Of a stretch of DNA of 64,000 bases, positions 11,201 to 26,200 are shown piece after piece. The first letter of the stretch is position 1. Every line of letters begins with the position of its first letter. A program made the translations under genes and the position numbers. The notes beneath the pieces were generated by a model, which saw only the letters and a list, made by a program, of their open reading frames with translations, did not search any database and was not told the origin of the DNA. Origin of the DNA: Phoronis australis. Taxonomy: Eukaryota; Animalia; Phoronida. The stretch covers positions 361,366-425,365 of the forward strand of contig NMRA01000317.1 in assembly GCA_002633005.1 (NCBI GenBank). The letters are read 5' to 3'.

Positions 11201-14200
11201 CCATTATCCTCTCTCATATAGATACTAATGTAGCTTTAATTTAAGTTGGTTTTTGTATGCACTCATACTGTTCACTTAGTAGGTCTTGATATTCTTAGAT
11301 ATGCTTCTACTGGTCACCCATGCTCTTATGAAATTGGTTAGCTCAACTCAAGCACTGGGAAATGTTGATTACATAAGGTTTCATCTTACTGTCTCTGTTG
11401 ATTCAATGTGAGGAAATTCTTCAACAAGCTGAGACTGTGGTTTGATTATTTCTGCAGCAAGTTTGAAGATAGAAACACATGTGGGATTTAATGCTGTTTC
11501 GTGTATGTGTTATGGTGTTTTGCCAAAAACATCTGCTAAAAACCAAATCAGAACAAAAGCATTATAATTTTTACTTTGAAATTTTATGATTGGGCAACTC
11601 AATAAATTGAAACAATTGAGCTGCTGTTATTTTTGTTCAAGTTAGCAACCGAAATCAAGTCCTATCATGGAAGGAATATTACTGAATCTATTTTATGAGC
11701 TAAAGTAGCTTCATTCTTTTTTCCATTAAAGAATACAACGCTGGCACTCATATTTATGGAAACCCTAACTGTACAAAAATCCAGGCCATAAAATGCTCTA
11801 TGCAAGATTAAAAAAACAGCCAAATCCTTTTTTCTAAAACCCCTTGACCCCCACACCCTACCAGAACCTACAATTTTTGCCAAGACTGAAAATTTTACAA
11901 GTCTCGCAACCGAAAACTTGTCATACCTGAAAAAAAATTATGTTGGCAGACTATGTGGCCATTAGGTAACAAAAGGACGAAGTGTTCAACAAGCTCATGG
12001 CGTGGAACATTTACAGACCTTGCTACTCCAAGACTAAGCTAGGCGAGATGCACGTGGGGTGAGATTTGTAAATGAAACTTTTCAGTGCTCCTTTTCAGCC
12101 AACAAACAGGGCCCGGTCTCCAATATCCGTACTCAGACTCATACTCATACTCGAGATTTCATACTCAAAATCGTGCTCACTGGAGTCGTACTCAAAAAAG
12201 CGTATCTAATGTCGTATTTCGAGTAGACTCCAAACGTACTCAAATCTGACACTCATACTCGAGTTGCTATGGAACTCTTTATGACGGGAAATGCAAAATC
12301 ACGCAAAGCCGCGCTGATTCATCGCTCCCTATTGGAATAGACCACCCCAAGAACTAGGCCTACATTATCGTCTGCTGTCGCTACAACTACAACAGTATGT
12401 CTATAACGGGGAATTCTGAGTGTTCTGTAACTGTTATTCATTTGACATTTGGCACGCGAGTTAAAAAACAATACTTTAGCAGGCATTCAGAGTTCACCAG
12501 TGGCAGTGAACGGGACGAGACGTCTACTTAGAAATCGGCAAACAAAATCTGGAATTCCATTTGGGGATTGAGGAATTATAGATGACTAAGTTATGATGAG
12601 AAATGTACCTGACAGGGAAGCGAACTTTTTTTAACTTCCCTCCCCTCCTCGTCTTTTGGAAACCCTACAAAACGTAGGCACACATACCTAAATAAGGGCA
12701 GCACAAACTTCTCACACGACTTTTCCCACAACTGCTTTCGACGCTTGTTATGACTCGCCGACAAGGGATTACAATGCGCCTGTTGCCAGGAATTGTAGAG
12801 GTAGAATGGCGGCCATAACATACAGTGATACGGCGGGTTAATAAGGTGAAGAATAAGAAGATTTAATATGAAAACTATTATCTCTGAACTGAAGTTGAAG
12901 TGCTGAGATATGGTAAGAGGATTTATTTTTTTTAGATTTGCTGTGTTTCTTGGTTCCCTTTCGATATTTTGTTCTCTGGCTCGTATTTATTTTCGAGTAC
13001 GATTTCAAGCACACTGCCATACCAAACTTGAAATTTGAGCATAGACTCCAAATTTTTACTAAAATCGTACTCGAAATATAGATGAGATACACTTCAGTTC
13101 GAGTACACTCGAAAACTAAGTACGTGCTTGAAATTTTGAGTACAGATTTTTCGAGTATGACATTGAATACACCAAAGCTGAGTCTGTACTCGAGTTGAGT
13201 ATGAAGTGTGAGTTTGAGCATGATTCGAGTCTGAGTACGGAGATTGGAGACCGGGCCCTGGACTGACAAACACTACCACAATGGTAGTAACTGTGTAACA
13301 ATTGAATTATGCCAGTTTCAGATTATTGGGTTTTGTGGTGCATTTTAATTTCACATTTCTTACACAAAAGTGCAAAAATTAACCAGTTAATTTTTATTTC
13401 ATGGTCTTGTATACCTTTTCTGGCAAAAAAAGTGTTGTAATATTTATTTACAGTTTTGTAACCCTGACTTGAACACTACTTTTTGGTAGTAGCCAAAGCA
13501 CCAGCCATATGATAAGATCCCAAAGGTTTACTTTTGCTGGCAGATTGAGTTGCCTCTGTCACACTGTTACTGGTGGACTGATGAGATGTGGCCTCATAAG
13601 AAGACTTGTTGCATAATCACATTCTCTTTCACATAGGGCAGTGTTGTAAATTAATACAGAGGCAGTGTGTTAATGGCAGGAAAACCAAAAATGTATCCTT
13701 GTTTTGGGACCACAATCATTTAGGCAGGAACTTTAAAAGGACTCAAACTCTTGACATTTTAGTGGCCTGTGATGAGAACAAGGAGTGGAAGAAATCAACT
13801 GCTTTGTAGGTGTGCTGTAGAAGTTGTCTTCCTCCACGTTTTTGAAAACCCTGGACTTTAGGAATCCCATTGTCAAACAGTATGAACATTATTTAAGACA
13901 ACTTTCGTTGATTTTTGTATAACCTGATGCAGCTCTTCCATAAGGTCTCACTGTAAACCAGTTGTTAGTTGATTACGCTGCTGCACTTTTCAGAACTTGT
14001 GCACTATGTCAGTGTTCACTAATCCTAAACCCCTAAAACGTATTAGACCTTATGTTGAGACTTATCAAAAATCTGCACATTTTGTCAGACATCTGCAACA
14101 CCATGGACATTAACTATATGTGAGTACATATTTTCTGAAATTACAAAGCTTGTGTATATTAATCATCCAGGGACCATGTCTTCCATATCAAAAGAGAGGC

Positions 14201-17200
14201 AGATCTGTAGCAAGACAAAAGTATCAGTGCTGTGGCCAAATTTCATTTGATGTAAATGTTCATGATGATATCTCAAAACGCTATAAAAGTGTGTTTTTTC
14301 TATAACCCTTTTCTCCTCATGCAAAATTTGAACATTCTAAAAAAAATCTAACATTGCCATTTCTAACATGTGAACTTAGAACTTTGTCAAAAAATTGCCA
14401 TGGTCCTAACGACAAGCAGTTTTCATGTTGACCTTGGCTAGGCAACATAATCTGACTAAAATTTAGCTTGCGACTAAGATTAATAAACATACTCAGTGCC
14501 AAGGAAAATGACTTACATTTTTCAAGAGTCAGGCTAAACCAGGAGCATTAATGCTACATTTTTATGTAACATTTGAAATTAATTGCATACTAATTTATTT
14601 GCATGAGTGCAAGTTAGCAATGTTTGAATTTTTAATTAGATTTGTAGATACCAAATAATAAAACACATAAATAAATACAATCACATCTTTCTTGTCTGGG
14701 TAAAGTGCAAAGCTGTACCATCTTCAATGATAGCTAGTTATTTGAACACAATTTTTGGTGAATACGATTAAATTACATGAGTGAAAAATTGGGGGTACAG
14801 TTATCCAAATAAACCTTTTCCCACAAGAACTGTGTTTAAACAGAATGTCTTTTAGACCCAGAGACTATTTATGACTATGAATGCCAACTTTTCTGTTCAC
14901 AGTGTCTCGCTAAGCTTAGCTGGCTAAAAAACAACACTGATAGATGAATTCGGCCATTTACTCTCATGAAATTGGTCTCATAATATTCTTTCCTGTGACA
15001 GGATTTTTTTCCACTGCCAAAGGTAACTGACTATGACTGGAGTTGGTAATGACAATGGAATCCTATCACAGTAGGCATATATTTGTCATATGATTTTATC
15101 ATCATGGTCTGCATCGTCACCACCACCACCACCACCACCACCATCACCTCCTTCATTGTCATTATCTTCTCCTTTGTCACTTTTCAGTCAATTTCGCCAT
15201 GTGTTGCTCCTCCAAATGCTTTAATTTTTTATTGTGCAATTCCTAATGCATCATTGTTTCTGATTTCAATTATCTGTGTTCGCAATACCTTTTACAAAGT
15301 GGCAGCTATATTTTAGCCGCATACTAAGGATGTTTGGTTATGTTTTTTAGGTTTAAAAATATAGTAAGCTGACACAACAAAGTGAATTTTGCTGTGCACC
15401 GATTTTGCATCCACATGGTTCTCACATTTGGCCGTGCCAGACCAAAAATTATCAATAAACTTGCCCTTGTCTTGGTTCACCATACTTGAAAATATTTCAA
15501 ACATGAGTGCATGCAGCCAAATGTCTCACTGGCTTTAAACTGTTTTGGGTACTGTGAAATGAAAATGGGTGTACCTAAATATGTTAAGATAAGTCACTGG
15601 TCTTGGATACAAAGAAATTAAAATGGATATACCCAAACATGACAAAATATGTCACTGGTCATGGGCACAGTGAAATGGAAATAGGTGTACCTGAACATGC
15701 TAAGATAATTCAGATGTCTTGGGTACAGTGAAGTGGAAATGGGTATACCCAAACATGCTATGCTAAGACATGTCAGTGGTCTTGGGTACAATGAAATGGT
15801 AATGGGTATACCTAAACATTCATAATGCAAAATCTCTCAACGATTGGGTTCAGTGAAATCAACTTGAGTGTACCCAAGACTGGCTGTTAGTTGATCTTAA
15901 GAATCTCTAGGGAGCCTGAAAATGAACTCTTGGTTTTTCCATGACATGTTCAGTTTGATGATAAAAGTTCATTTGAAATAATGGGTGCACACTATCTTAA
16001 AAATTTGTGAAATCATAGGTCTAGGCAAGAAACAGGCATGGATTTAACAGGTTTGGAGCACATGCCTCATGTACTTGCAGAGAGACAACTCTGAACAGGA
16101 AGGAAAATACAGGTTCAATTATTCAGAACTTTTGATATTGATATGCAGGTCAGTGAAAGCAGTGACCCTGTGTGAGCACTGCACTTAATCACACAACTGT
16201 CCTAGTTGGATTGTGTAACTATACACAGCTTAGCAAAGGGTATATGGTCCTGTCTGAGAATATAATTGTTTTCTTACCCCTATGGATAATAGCTGAGCCC
16301 AGAACGAGGACATTCAGACTTACCTGAATCAAATGAAGAGGTTTACTGGTTGCTTTCTCCAGCTGTTCAGCTTGATTCATTTCCAGTTGAAGAATTTTTG
16401 AGAAATCAGATCCAGATTTTGATGATCCATCAGGACTCCATGGCGATGGGACAGGTTTCCACGGTGATGTCGCAGAGGCCTCATTTGAAGGTTTGCCGTC
16501 GTCAGTTTTAACATCTCTCTTGGGTAAGCCCCAACTACACAAACACATACAGCAGGTGTTAAGTTTGGAAAAGGGCATGAGATTAAAGCTCTATCTTGTG
16601 CACTTTTCAGGTTTCATTAAAACAACCCTATCCAACAGCTCAGCCATTCCGTGCCTAGGTATGTTTGGATGGGTAGAGTCCTAGTACCGTCAAATATCGA
16701 TAGATAGCACTTCCACCAATACATACCAATATACCTGCGCCCACATCGACCGTGTGCGAGTGATATATCGGAGTGAAATATCATTAGTTAACTTTGAAGC
16801 AGCAATAAAATTCTTTTAGACGTGATACTGGTACGATGTACAGGATGAAGATGATTAGAGTACCCAAAATTTAGTAAAACTTCAACATCAATTCAGGCTG
16901 GAGAGGGTTAACACGGCTGAACAAAAGCTGCCATATCTCACAATGCACCCTGGTGGAACGCTAAGTAAACATTGGGGTTGGAGGTTCTATATAACCGCAC
17001 AAGACACAACAATATCATTAAACACTACATAACATTTAGACATCACTCATGAACAAACGTGACTAGGTGTTGTACACACGTTAGCAAATGTCAACATTTT
17101 TACTCTTCATTTACTTACAAATGTTCAAACCTGACCATCCGTTGTCTTCCACCACATAGTAACTCAACCAAATAATGCTTAGTCTGTTGTTCTTAGGAGT

Positions 17201-20200
17201 TGCAGACAATTTATCAATTCTTGCGACCTCACTGTGATCTATACGCAGTAGCACTTACCTCAATGAAGTATTCACAGTCAGTTGCTTTGATGATAGTGCA
17301 TCCTTCACAGGCCTCGCCAGCACCCTCACGCCTCCTACTGGCCTAGGTTTATTTTCCTTGGGAATGACAGAAACCTGTTCGGAAGCCATCACATCTTTCA
17401 AGGAATGGACAGTGGAGTCCACCTTACCCCTAGAAGTGAACAATATTTCAGAAACTACGGAAGGCAACAGTGGACGTGTAGCTGATGAAACTAACGGCAG
17501 TCATATTCTGCTGTAAGAAATGTAGGTATAGAAACGAACACAGCAAGGCATAAAATGTTTTCTTTGTGCGGGCATGAAATGCTATGAATAAAACTGTAAA
17601 AACAATGTTTGGATATTGTTCATGTTCATGCAACAATTCATTACTTGAATCGAACAAGACAAACAGAATTTCTGCCAAAAGGTCCCAAACATTGGGAAAG
17701 TTTTTCAAATTTAGGTTTATGGCCTACTTTGGAGCCGCAGTTAACAATTTCTAATTTGTAAGGTTTTCTAAAAATGAGCCAGCATCGCACAAAAACGAGA
17801 CTACATAAGAAAGAGGTAATAGCATATTCCATCACATTTTTGGATTATCTATAAAACAAAATAAACAGTACCATTGGTACCCTACCCACCCTAATCTACA
17901 CAAGTCATATTGGTCTTCATTACATGTCGCAGTCACTGGGGCATTTTATTTAGATCGGTACAGGCTTATACGCGAGATACTAAAAAAAGTTAAATACGGC
18001 CATTTACCAAGCATGTCCTGATGCTTATTATCAGAGATTCCGAGAGCCAAAAAAAAACACGAAACTGCAATACACTCACCACGGACAGGTTGTCTTTACT
18101 GATGAAGTCTCCTCATCTGCTGCAGTGACTGGAACCTTTGGAGACTGTTTATGAATGTTGGATTTCTTTGGAAGCTTTGGCATTTTCACCTTGATAATTC
18201 TTGCACTAAAAATTCCCAAGCTAACATTATACCAGTGGCTGATACAAAGTCATAAGAACGAAGGAGATAAAGAGTAAATGACGCGGAACAAACACAATAT
18301 TTCAATATTTGACTGGACTGATGATCAACGTCGGCTAAATGACCACTCCTAAACTTGTTGATAAATCACAGTTAAAATGCCCAGTTTACAAAATACTCTA
18401 CGTTTTACTGCATTGTCTGTACTCTGACGACGCTTTATTCAACTAGTGCATTTGACGTAACGAGACTGTGACTGCAGAGTGTTTGCATAAATATGTCATT
18501 CACCTAGCTGCCCATCCTTCACTTTTCAAAGTACATAGCATTTTTAAATGCCCACGATCAGTTCAATGTCCACATGATTTTTGACTAACTCAACTTTAAA
18601 CTTCCTGCCTATTAACCTGGAAAAACACAGTAACTACACTTAAAGCAGGCCTCAGTAATTCCTAAAGAAAATCTTTTCCTTCCGAAGTGACAATGACTGG
18701 GAATTAACACATCTGATAAAACAAAATTTAAACAGTGCAGACATTTCTACAAGTAACTGACTATGCTAACTCTACCTCGTGTCGGACTGGCTTTGCTGAT
18801 TCATGATTTCACGTAAGCTTGGAGCACCATCTGTAGGAGACTGACAGAACCCAACGTCTGATCGAGGAGAGCCCCACACCCCCAGATGTTGATCCACACT
18901 ACTAGAAGAGGGGGTTCTCTGTCTACACGGTGACTGGCCACTGCCCCCTGAGTTGGCAGGCACACTATTATCATGTAATGACGTGTCAATCCCTTTAATA
19001 TCAATGGCTAAAGATTGTGTGCTAACTGAAGTCGTCTGTCTTTCTTCTTGAACAGGCAGTGCCATTTCACTTGATTTCTCGCTAATTTTGATGTCATCAC
19101 CCTGAGGTTTTGTGTCACTGCTACTGCTCTGAGTCCTGTTACGTTTCTTTTTTGATTTCGCTTTCCTCGGTGAAACCTCAACTGTTTCCTCCAAAGTCAA
19201 TGACTCCAGGTCGTCTGAGCTTGGAGTACAGCTGTAGGGGGTGATGAGTCGACAACACATGGCAGGCGTCTGAAACAACAGGTCACTTGTTGTGAGGGAA
19301 TCTTGTTGCATAACTTTGTATAAAGGCTATAGCCATACAGGTGGGGAAACCAGTATGAGGTCATACAAAACTCAGGGTAATTCACGCTGTGTGTAACAGG
19401 TCAGCACCATGAAGCGACAGGCAGTGGGTCAACAATCCACACTGCTTCTTATCTCGCAGAAGGCCTATTGTTCAACTAAGTCAACAGAAGCCCAAAATCT
19501 GATCCCTAACTTAAAAGAACCCCAACTTAGCTTTGATATTTCTGCTGTACTTCAGCATGAACTTAAAGCATATGTCTTTGACCTTTGACCTTTCTACCCC
19601 CAATTCATTATGATTTAGGATTATGAATACTTTCCAACTTGGCATTTGACAAAACGTTACATTCAATTTACAAGCTTGAGTTCAAACTCGAAATCGCAAA
19701 TTAAATCTCGCATCTCAAGCTTTAATTCTGGGAACATCAGGTGCAAATGTGGGTTATTTATTTATCTGACCGACATGTGTAAATCATGAACTACTTTAGC
19801 ATGAAGACACTTACCCAGTAAATCAACACTAATTTGGAATTCTCACACTGGGTTTCTGTCCCATATTGTGGACTAACTGGATACAAATGTTTATTAAGTA
19901 ACGACAGTAAAACCATGAACCTGCCATGGTGTCACGCTTAACAATGCACTACAGTAAAGTTTAAAACAATGACTGCTTACCGTCTGTCTGTAGTACTGAG
20001 TCAATTCTTCTAAAGCATCTTTACCCAAAACATCCAGAGACCTGCAGTGATACAAGTAATACAACCAGTCACATAACGTGTACAATGAAATTTTCATTCA
20101 AATTTTGTTAAACCAAGTCAATTTGTGACAGAAGGGAAATACCGCCTACCTCAAACCACAGGACTGAATTTGGGAAACATAGGACGCGTTTCAACTAAAT

Positions 20201-23200
20201 AATGCTTCTATCCATCAGAGGAAGAACAAATTGATAAGTAAAAGATTGCCAAATCAGTTTGAGGTGAAATCCCCAACTATCCTTTTAAAGCCTAACTTCA
20301 ACGGAATTTTGTTATTTTAGATGTAATAGGCTAACCACATAGTCCTAGCAAAGCCTTAGTAATATATGAAAACGCGAGTTCAATCACGCAAGTGTAAGCC
20401 CGTCAAATGATAAGTGAAGCTTCCTTTTCGTGCCAAGATGCGTAATTGCAAGATCCCAGGAAAAACAACAAAAGGTTGTATTGAATAGGGGTCTGAATAG
20501 AACACCATTGCGTGCAGGTGTTATTCGCAGCTGTTTGAATTAAAAGGTGATTCTCGCAGTGACGTAGTCAAAAGCAAGCTAATACGCCTAACAGTTTGAT
20601 ACATTTGGCAATTTATGGCACTAGTGGGCTAAAAGTGGTGCTCTTAACATACTGTAGGAACCAAATTTACACGTGTTACCGTTGAAGATAGTCTTTAAAA
20701 CTGCAATTAGCCCTGTTAAGCTGGCTGAACAACGAAAATTGAATCAGGTCTTTCACCATTAGACTAATAAAATTGGTTTTATAACATTCTCCAACATGAC
20801 TGGATTCTATTTCCGTTATCAACAACAATAACAACGAAACCACAAATGACTCATTAGAAAAAGATTCAGAGTTTACTGGGGTTAATCAGACAACCTTAAA
20901 ATTGGGAATTTCAGAGTGGTGCATCGTATGCATTGCAGCTGTGACAGGAGTTGTAACAGAAATGAAATCCCATCACAGTAAAGAATATTACGTGACCAAT
21001 TTTAAGAGAGGAGGCAGTGTGGCCTGGTTGATAAGTGCCCGCTTTCTTTACTCGAGGTCATGGGTTCAAGTCCCACCATGTCACACTGCTAAACCCTTGA
21101 GCCAGGTTTCTAGCTCGTCAGCTCGGTTTTAACCACATATTAATAAAGCATAAAAATAGTTCCAGGTGATCAGTGCAATGGGCCCACATGCAATTATTTT
21201 AAATTTTTTATCAATTTTAAGACAGTAGAAGGCCTGATTCAGTTTTCGTCTTGTCAGATAAACATGATGAAATAAAGCTTTGACCTGGACACATTCAATA
21301 CTTCACTTGCCATCTTTAGACTCTGGTCAGCCTTTTGCATTAATGTGTGTGACAAACAAGGCAAAACTGATCTATATTTTACCTAGTTTCTGTCAGAGTA
21401 GCCAGATTATGACAGACGAACTGCTGACAGAAACTCTTCAGCTGTTCAGCGTTGTACATGGTAGAAAACTCCAGTAGTTCAGCGACTGTCTTTAGGGTCA
21501 CGAGGGAGCAGATTTCAACCTCGCACATCTCCCTCAGTCGACCAATCAACAGCTGATCAGCAACAACAAGTAAATTGCACAAAAGTTCCAAGTCCTCGTT
21601 ACCTGTAAAACAAGATCAAATTTTATGCAACCCAAACGTTGATTTAGTTCAGAAGGGATATTAAACTTGCCTGAAAGACGCAGCATATTAGTTTACATAA
21701 CTTCACAAAAGGTTGATTTTTCAAGGCATTATGAATAAACTGAGTGAATTTGCTAATTTTCCAATTCACAAAAAAGCACTGCACTGCAACATTGATTAAC
21801 CGACTCACTCACCCACAATACTCGATGATTGTCCAGAGTACAAAAAGTCCAGAACGATTTTCAAGATGGCAGGCGGTAGAGGCAGAGACAGAGGCTCATT
21901 TAGAGATGTCTGCAACAGAGAGATTTATGGTTACAATATGTTTGAATGAATGCTACTGTCAATATCTGGATGTCTTCGCCAAAATGTGAAAAAGCATCGC
22001 TTGAACTTCAAAAAGTGTACGTCTTGTCCCGGATTGTTTTGACCAGGTTGTAAAACAAGGGGTTAAAGGTTACATAAAACCTTATCAACAAGTCTGGTAT
22101 TCATCAATATATCTACAAAACTATAAATCTTAACTAGAAAGCCTGTAGAATTATTTTATTTTTTGACATTTTACCAATCTGCCAATGAATGGGTCACGTG
22201 ACCAAGCCTGTAAAATTTAGTAAAAAAGGTTCAATGATAGCAAAACAATATCAATAACATCACCTTTTTCATTGGACATAAAATGTTTTAAATGAAATCT
22301 CAACATTGCAGTTAAAGTTTTCCAAATTGTTTCATATTCGTTTTATGCAACTTTTTAAGAAAATCATTTAAGTCCACTTTTGTAGCCACCATGTAAAGTG
22401 GAATATTTTAAATAAAATTCCAAACAGCATTTTTTAGAACACTGCATGAGCCATAGTACCTGAAAGTTTGAATCCAATCAGTCCTTTTTAGGATACGTTA
22501 CAAAATCGGCCAAATTTGTGCATTTTTAAGGTCTTCAACTTCTAAATGCTGAAAACAGACATTAGCAATACGCTTAAACTTGTTAGTGTACAGCATGTCC
22601 TAGTGGTCTTACCTCCATCCAGCCTGTAGCTAACATACTGTGGAAGTACTCCAGTCTGGCTACTAGCACACACTTGTGGCACTGGAACAGTGTGCCATCC
22701 TCTGCCTTGAGACACACGTCATACAGAGATGGGCTGCAACGGAATGTATGGTTACACAGAAAGAAACCAACAAAGGTGTACACTGCGAATAAAGAACGCT
22801 GCGACATGTTCCATGCATTATTGTTAGTTCAAAGATAGCAAATACAAATATCATCATTGCTCCTTTAGCCAATCCCGCTAAATCAATTTCCTTGCGTTAC
22901 GCAGAACCTTGTTTTGCCTTGATTACAAAGAAAACGCACCTGTTCCATTTACTTGTCTTTCACAAAAACTTAAAGTCCTAATATTCAGACATCTATAACA
23001 CTACAGGGTGTTCCACTCTGCGCCTGGGCCAACTGCATGGTTACACCTAGCTGTGAGAGTAGGCGCAGCGCATCGGCCATTTCATGCTCTGAATGCATGA
23101 GAATGGCAAACAAACAACTCGGTTTTGTAGAACAGAATTTCATAAAGCAATGATACTTTAAACTAGAAAACGTCAAGGAAGTTCAAACACAGCTAATCTT

Positions 23201-26200
23201 ATTTTTTGTAAATCATTTCCTATGTCAAAAAAACAATGAAGTTATTGTCACTTGAAGTGCAAGTACACTTTTTGGGACACCCTGTATTTGACTAAATAAA
23301 TTATCGACATAAGAGAATAATACAATGGGCAAAACAACACTTCGAAGAAGCACGTTACTGAAAAGAAAGCATAAACTTACAGCATGGATCTGGCAAACTT
23401 CAGTCGCTGTGGTGCAAAACTCTTTCCTTTCACAAGTTGAATATATCCATCCACATATTTCACAGCAGACAACTTCTTCACCAGCGAATCCACACCAAAG
23501 CGCTTTGCCACATCCATCAAGAGTTTCACAGGATCACTACACATTGCACTGTCCTGCCTCACATCATGTTTCTTACCCTGCTTTTTCCTTTGTTCATGAA
23601 AGACTTTAAACGCGGATTGTCTGCCGTTATCCGTCACACTAGACAAATCCGACAGATCTGAATCTGATATGTGTTTAGCACCCTGCCCTGACTTCTGTAA
23701 CTGGAATGTGTTGCCCGGTTTTAACAAGTCGCACGTGTCAGTGTATATGAACTGTAGTAGCTGCAGGAAGATCTGCTCAGTGACTCCCTCTATGGGGAGC
23801 TCAGAACACTCCAAAGATTCACTTATGAAGGTCTTCTTGAAGTAAGAGCTACGTCCCGAGAGGATAAACTTGTGAGCGGGCACCTCAGTAGCACCAATCT
23901 AAACAAACATCAAATGCTTTAAAGAATTAAATTATGCAAAATCATGGCTAAAAATTTATGCAAAATCACGAGTAAAGAAGAAAATTGTGTAAATCCCAGA
24001 AAAACTACATGGTAAGTATGAGCAACGTATTCAAATAAATTTGGAATATTTCTTGAAGTATGCATTAGAAATTTCCAATAATCACCAGTCATAGCAACCA
24101 CAAGTCTCAAACGACATGGAAGTAATTAGAACTGGTCAATTGCTTAGTCTTTTATAGGAACATTGTTTCAATTTTATCACGCAGCATCTCAACTGTAAAT
24201 TCCATAACAATTGAATAATAGAATAAAGAAATAAATACAGATATGAAAAAAATACAACTGCTAACTGTATGGTGACAGGTCAATACACAAGAGGGAGCTC
24301 TCGAAAAGCAATACCACTTTAGACGTCGCCCTCATATTAAATATTACAATAACTCAAAATCATGAAATGCCAAACACCAGCAACAGTTAATAAAAGAAAC
24401 GCGGAGCATTGAAATGCGCCCACGAATGCACCGCTAATGTTGTGCTTCTAGGGGTGTTTATTTGGAACATAAAAATTTGCAAATAGATGGCACAAAATAT
24501 GTCGAATCCATCTGAGAACTTGTATGTGTCATCAAAGCTATTTACAAAATTTCATAAAAATCTGTCAAGGAACTTCTGAGAAAACAGAGGAAAATGAAAA
24601 AATGAAAATGCCACTAAGAGGCTATAAGCCAAAAAACATAACTGCCACAAAGAGGCACCAAAGTAGATAAAGTCGTTGGAAAATCATCGTCAGACTTCCT
24701 CTTCCCATTAGGAACATAAATGCCAATTTTCACAACCATCCTTAGAGTAGTTTGGAAGACAGATAGGCAGATGTCAAATAACAAGACTCGAAAACAGTAA
24801 AAATGGCCACAAGGTGGCGCAAAATGCCTCGAATTTAACCGAAAACCGGATGATAGAGTCACCTCATTAATAAATGATTAGCTGCCAAATTTCATGAAAA
24901 TCCATTGACGATACTTTAAGATACAGAGGTAAACGTAAAAAAATAAAATTGCCACTAGTGGGCACACCGGTAGCTTGATCAGTTCGAAAGTCGTCATCCT
25001 CAGTATTCAACTTCATATAAATACACCACCAAAATTCAATAAAGATCCTGCAGAGCATTTAGGAGATACAGCCATGGGCGCAAAAACAAACAAAACTGCC
25101 ACTAGGAGGTGCCATAGTATTCTAAGTCATTGGAAAATCATCGTCAGTCGCCCTCTTCACAGTAAGAACATATATGCCAACTTTCAAAATCATACCTAGA
25201 ACGGTTTGGTTCATAGAACGGCGGACGCCAAAAAAACAAAACACGAAAACAGTAAAAATGGCCACTAGGTGGTGCAAAGTACCCGAATCCGTCCAAAAAT
25301 GGGAGGATGGCACTAATAGATATCTAACTACCAAACTTTAAGAAAATCCGTTGAGGACCTCCAAATCTACAGAGGTAAGCATAAAAAAATAAAATTGCCA
25401 CTAGGGGGCACACCAGTAGTCAGAGAGGTCCAAAATTCGTTGTCATCTGTTGTCACTTTCATGGGAACACATCTGCCAAATCTCATTAAGATCCTGTAAA
25501 AGGTTTAGGAGATACAGCCATGGGTGCAAAAACAAACAAAAATGCCACTAGGAGGCGCCAAAGTTGTCGAAGTAGTCAGAAAATCGTCGTCAGTCACCCT
25601 TTTCACAGTAAGAACACATATGCTAATTTTCAAAATCATTCCCATAGCGGTTTGGTTGATAGAACAGCGAACGCCAAAAAACACTCGAAAAAAGTAAAAA
25701 TGGCCACTAGGTGGCGCAAAGTACCTTGAATCCGTCCGAAAAGAGGAGGATGCCATCATCTCACTAATAGATGCCTAACTTCCAAATTTTATGAAAATCC
25801 GTTTAGGACATCCGCAGATACAGAGGTAAGCGTAAAAAAATAAAATTGCCACTAGGGGGCACACCGGTAGTCGGAGAGGTATGAAATTCGTCGTCGTCCG
25901 TTGTCAGCTTCATAGGAACACATCTGCCAAATCTCATCAAGGCCCTGTGAGGGACGGATGCCCGGACAGACAGAGGTGACAGCAATATGCGATCACATAT
26001 AAATATGTGGGCGCATAAAAAGATACCAAACCCGGTTTTGGCCTATTAACAGAAACTAAAAACAACTTTCACATCAAGTTCACTCAAACGAAATAATGCT
26101 CTGTAACCCTCGACAACCCTCAAAGGTTTGGAAGAAAATTTAAAAACTACCTTTCAAAGTCTGCTAAACGGGTAGGCGTGACCTATGACTTTAGCAAATT

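Noticed and set aside
12838-13301. Overlapping ORFs up to 143 aa
   Set aside because: Produced by the repetitive MITE arm; no transposase motifs
21010-21085. tRNA gene
   Set aside because: A and B boxes are present but acceptor and anticodon stems do not pair, and a SINE-like body follows
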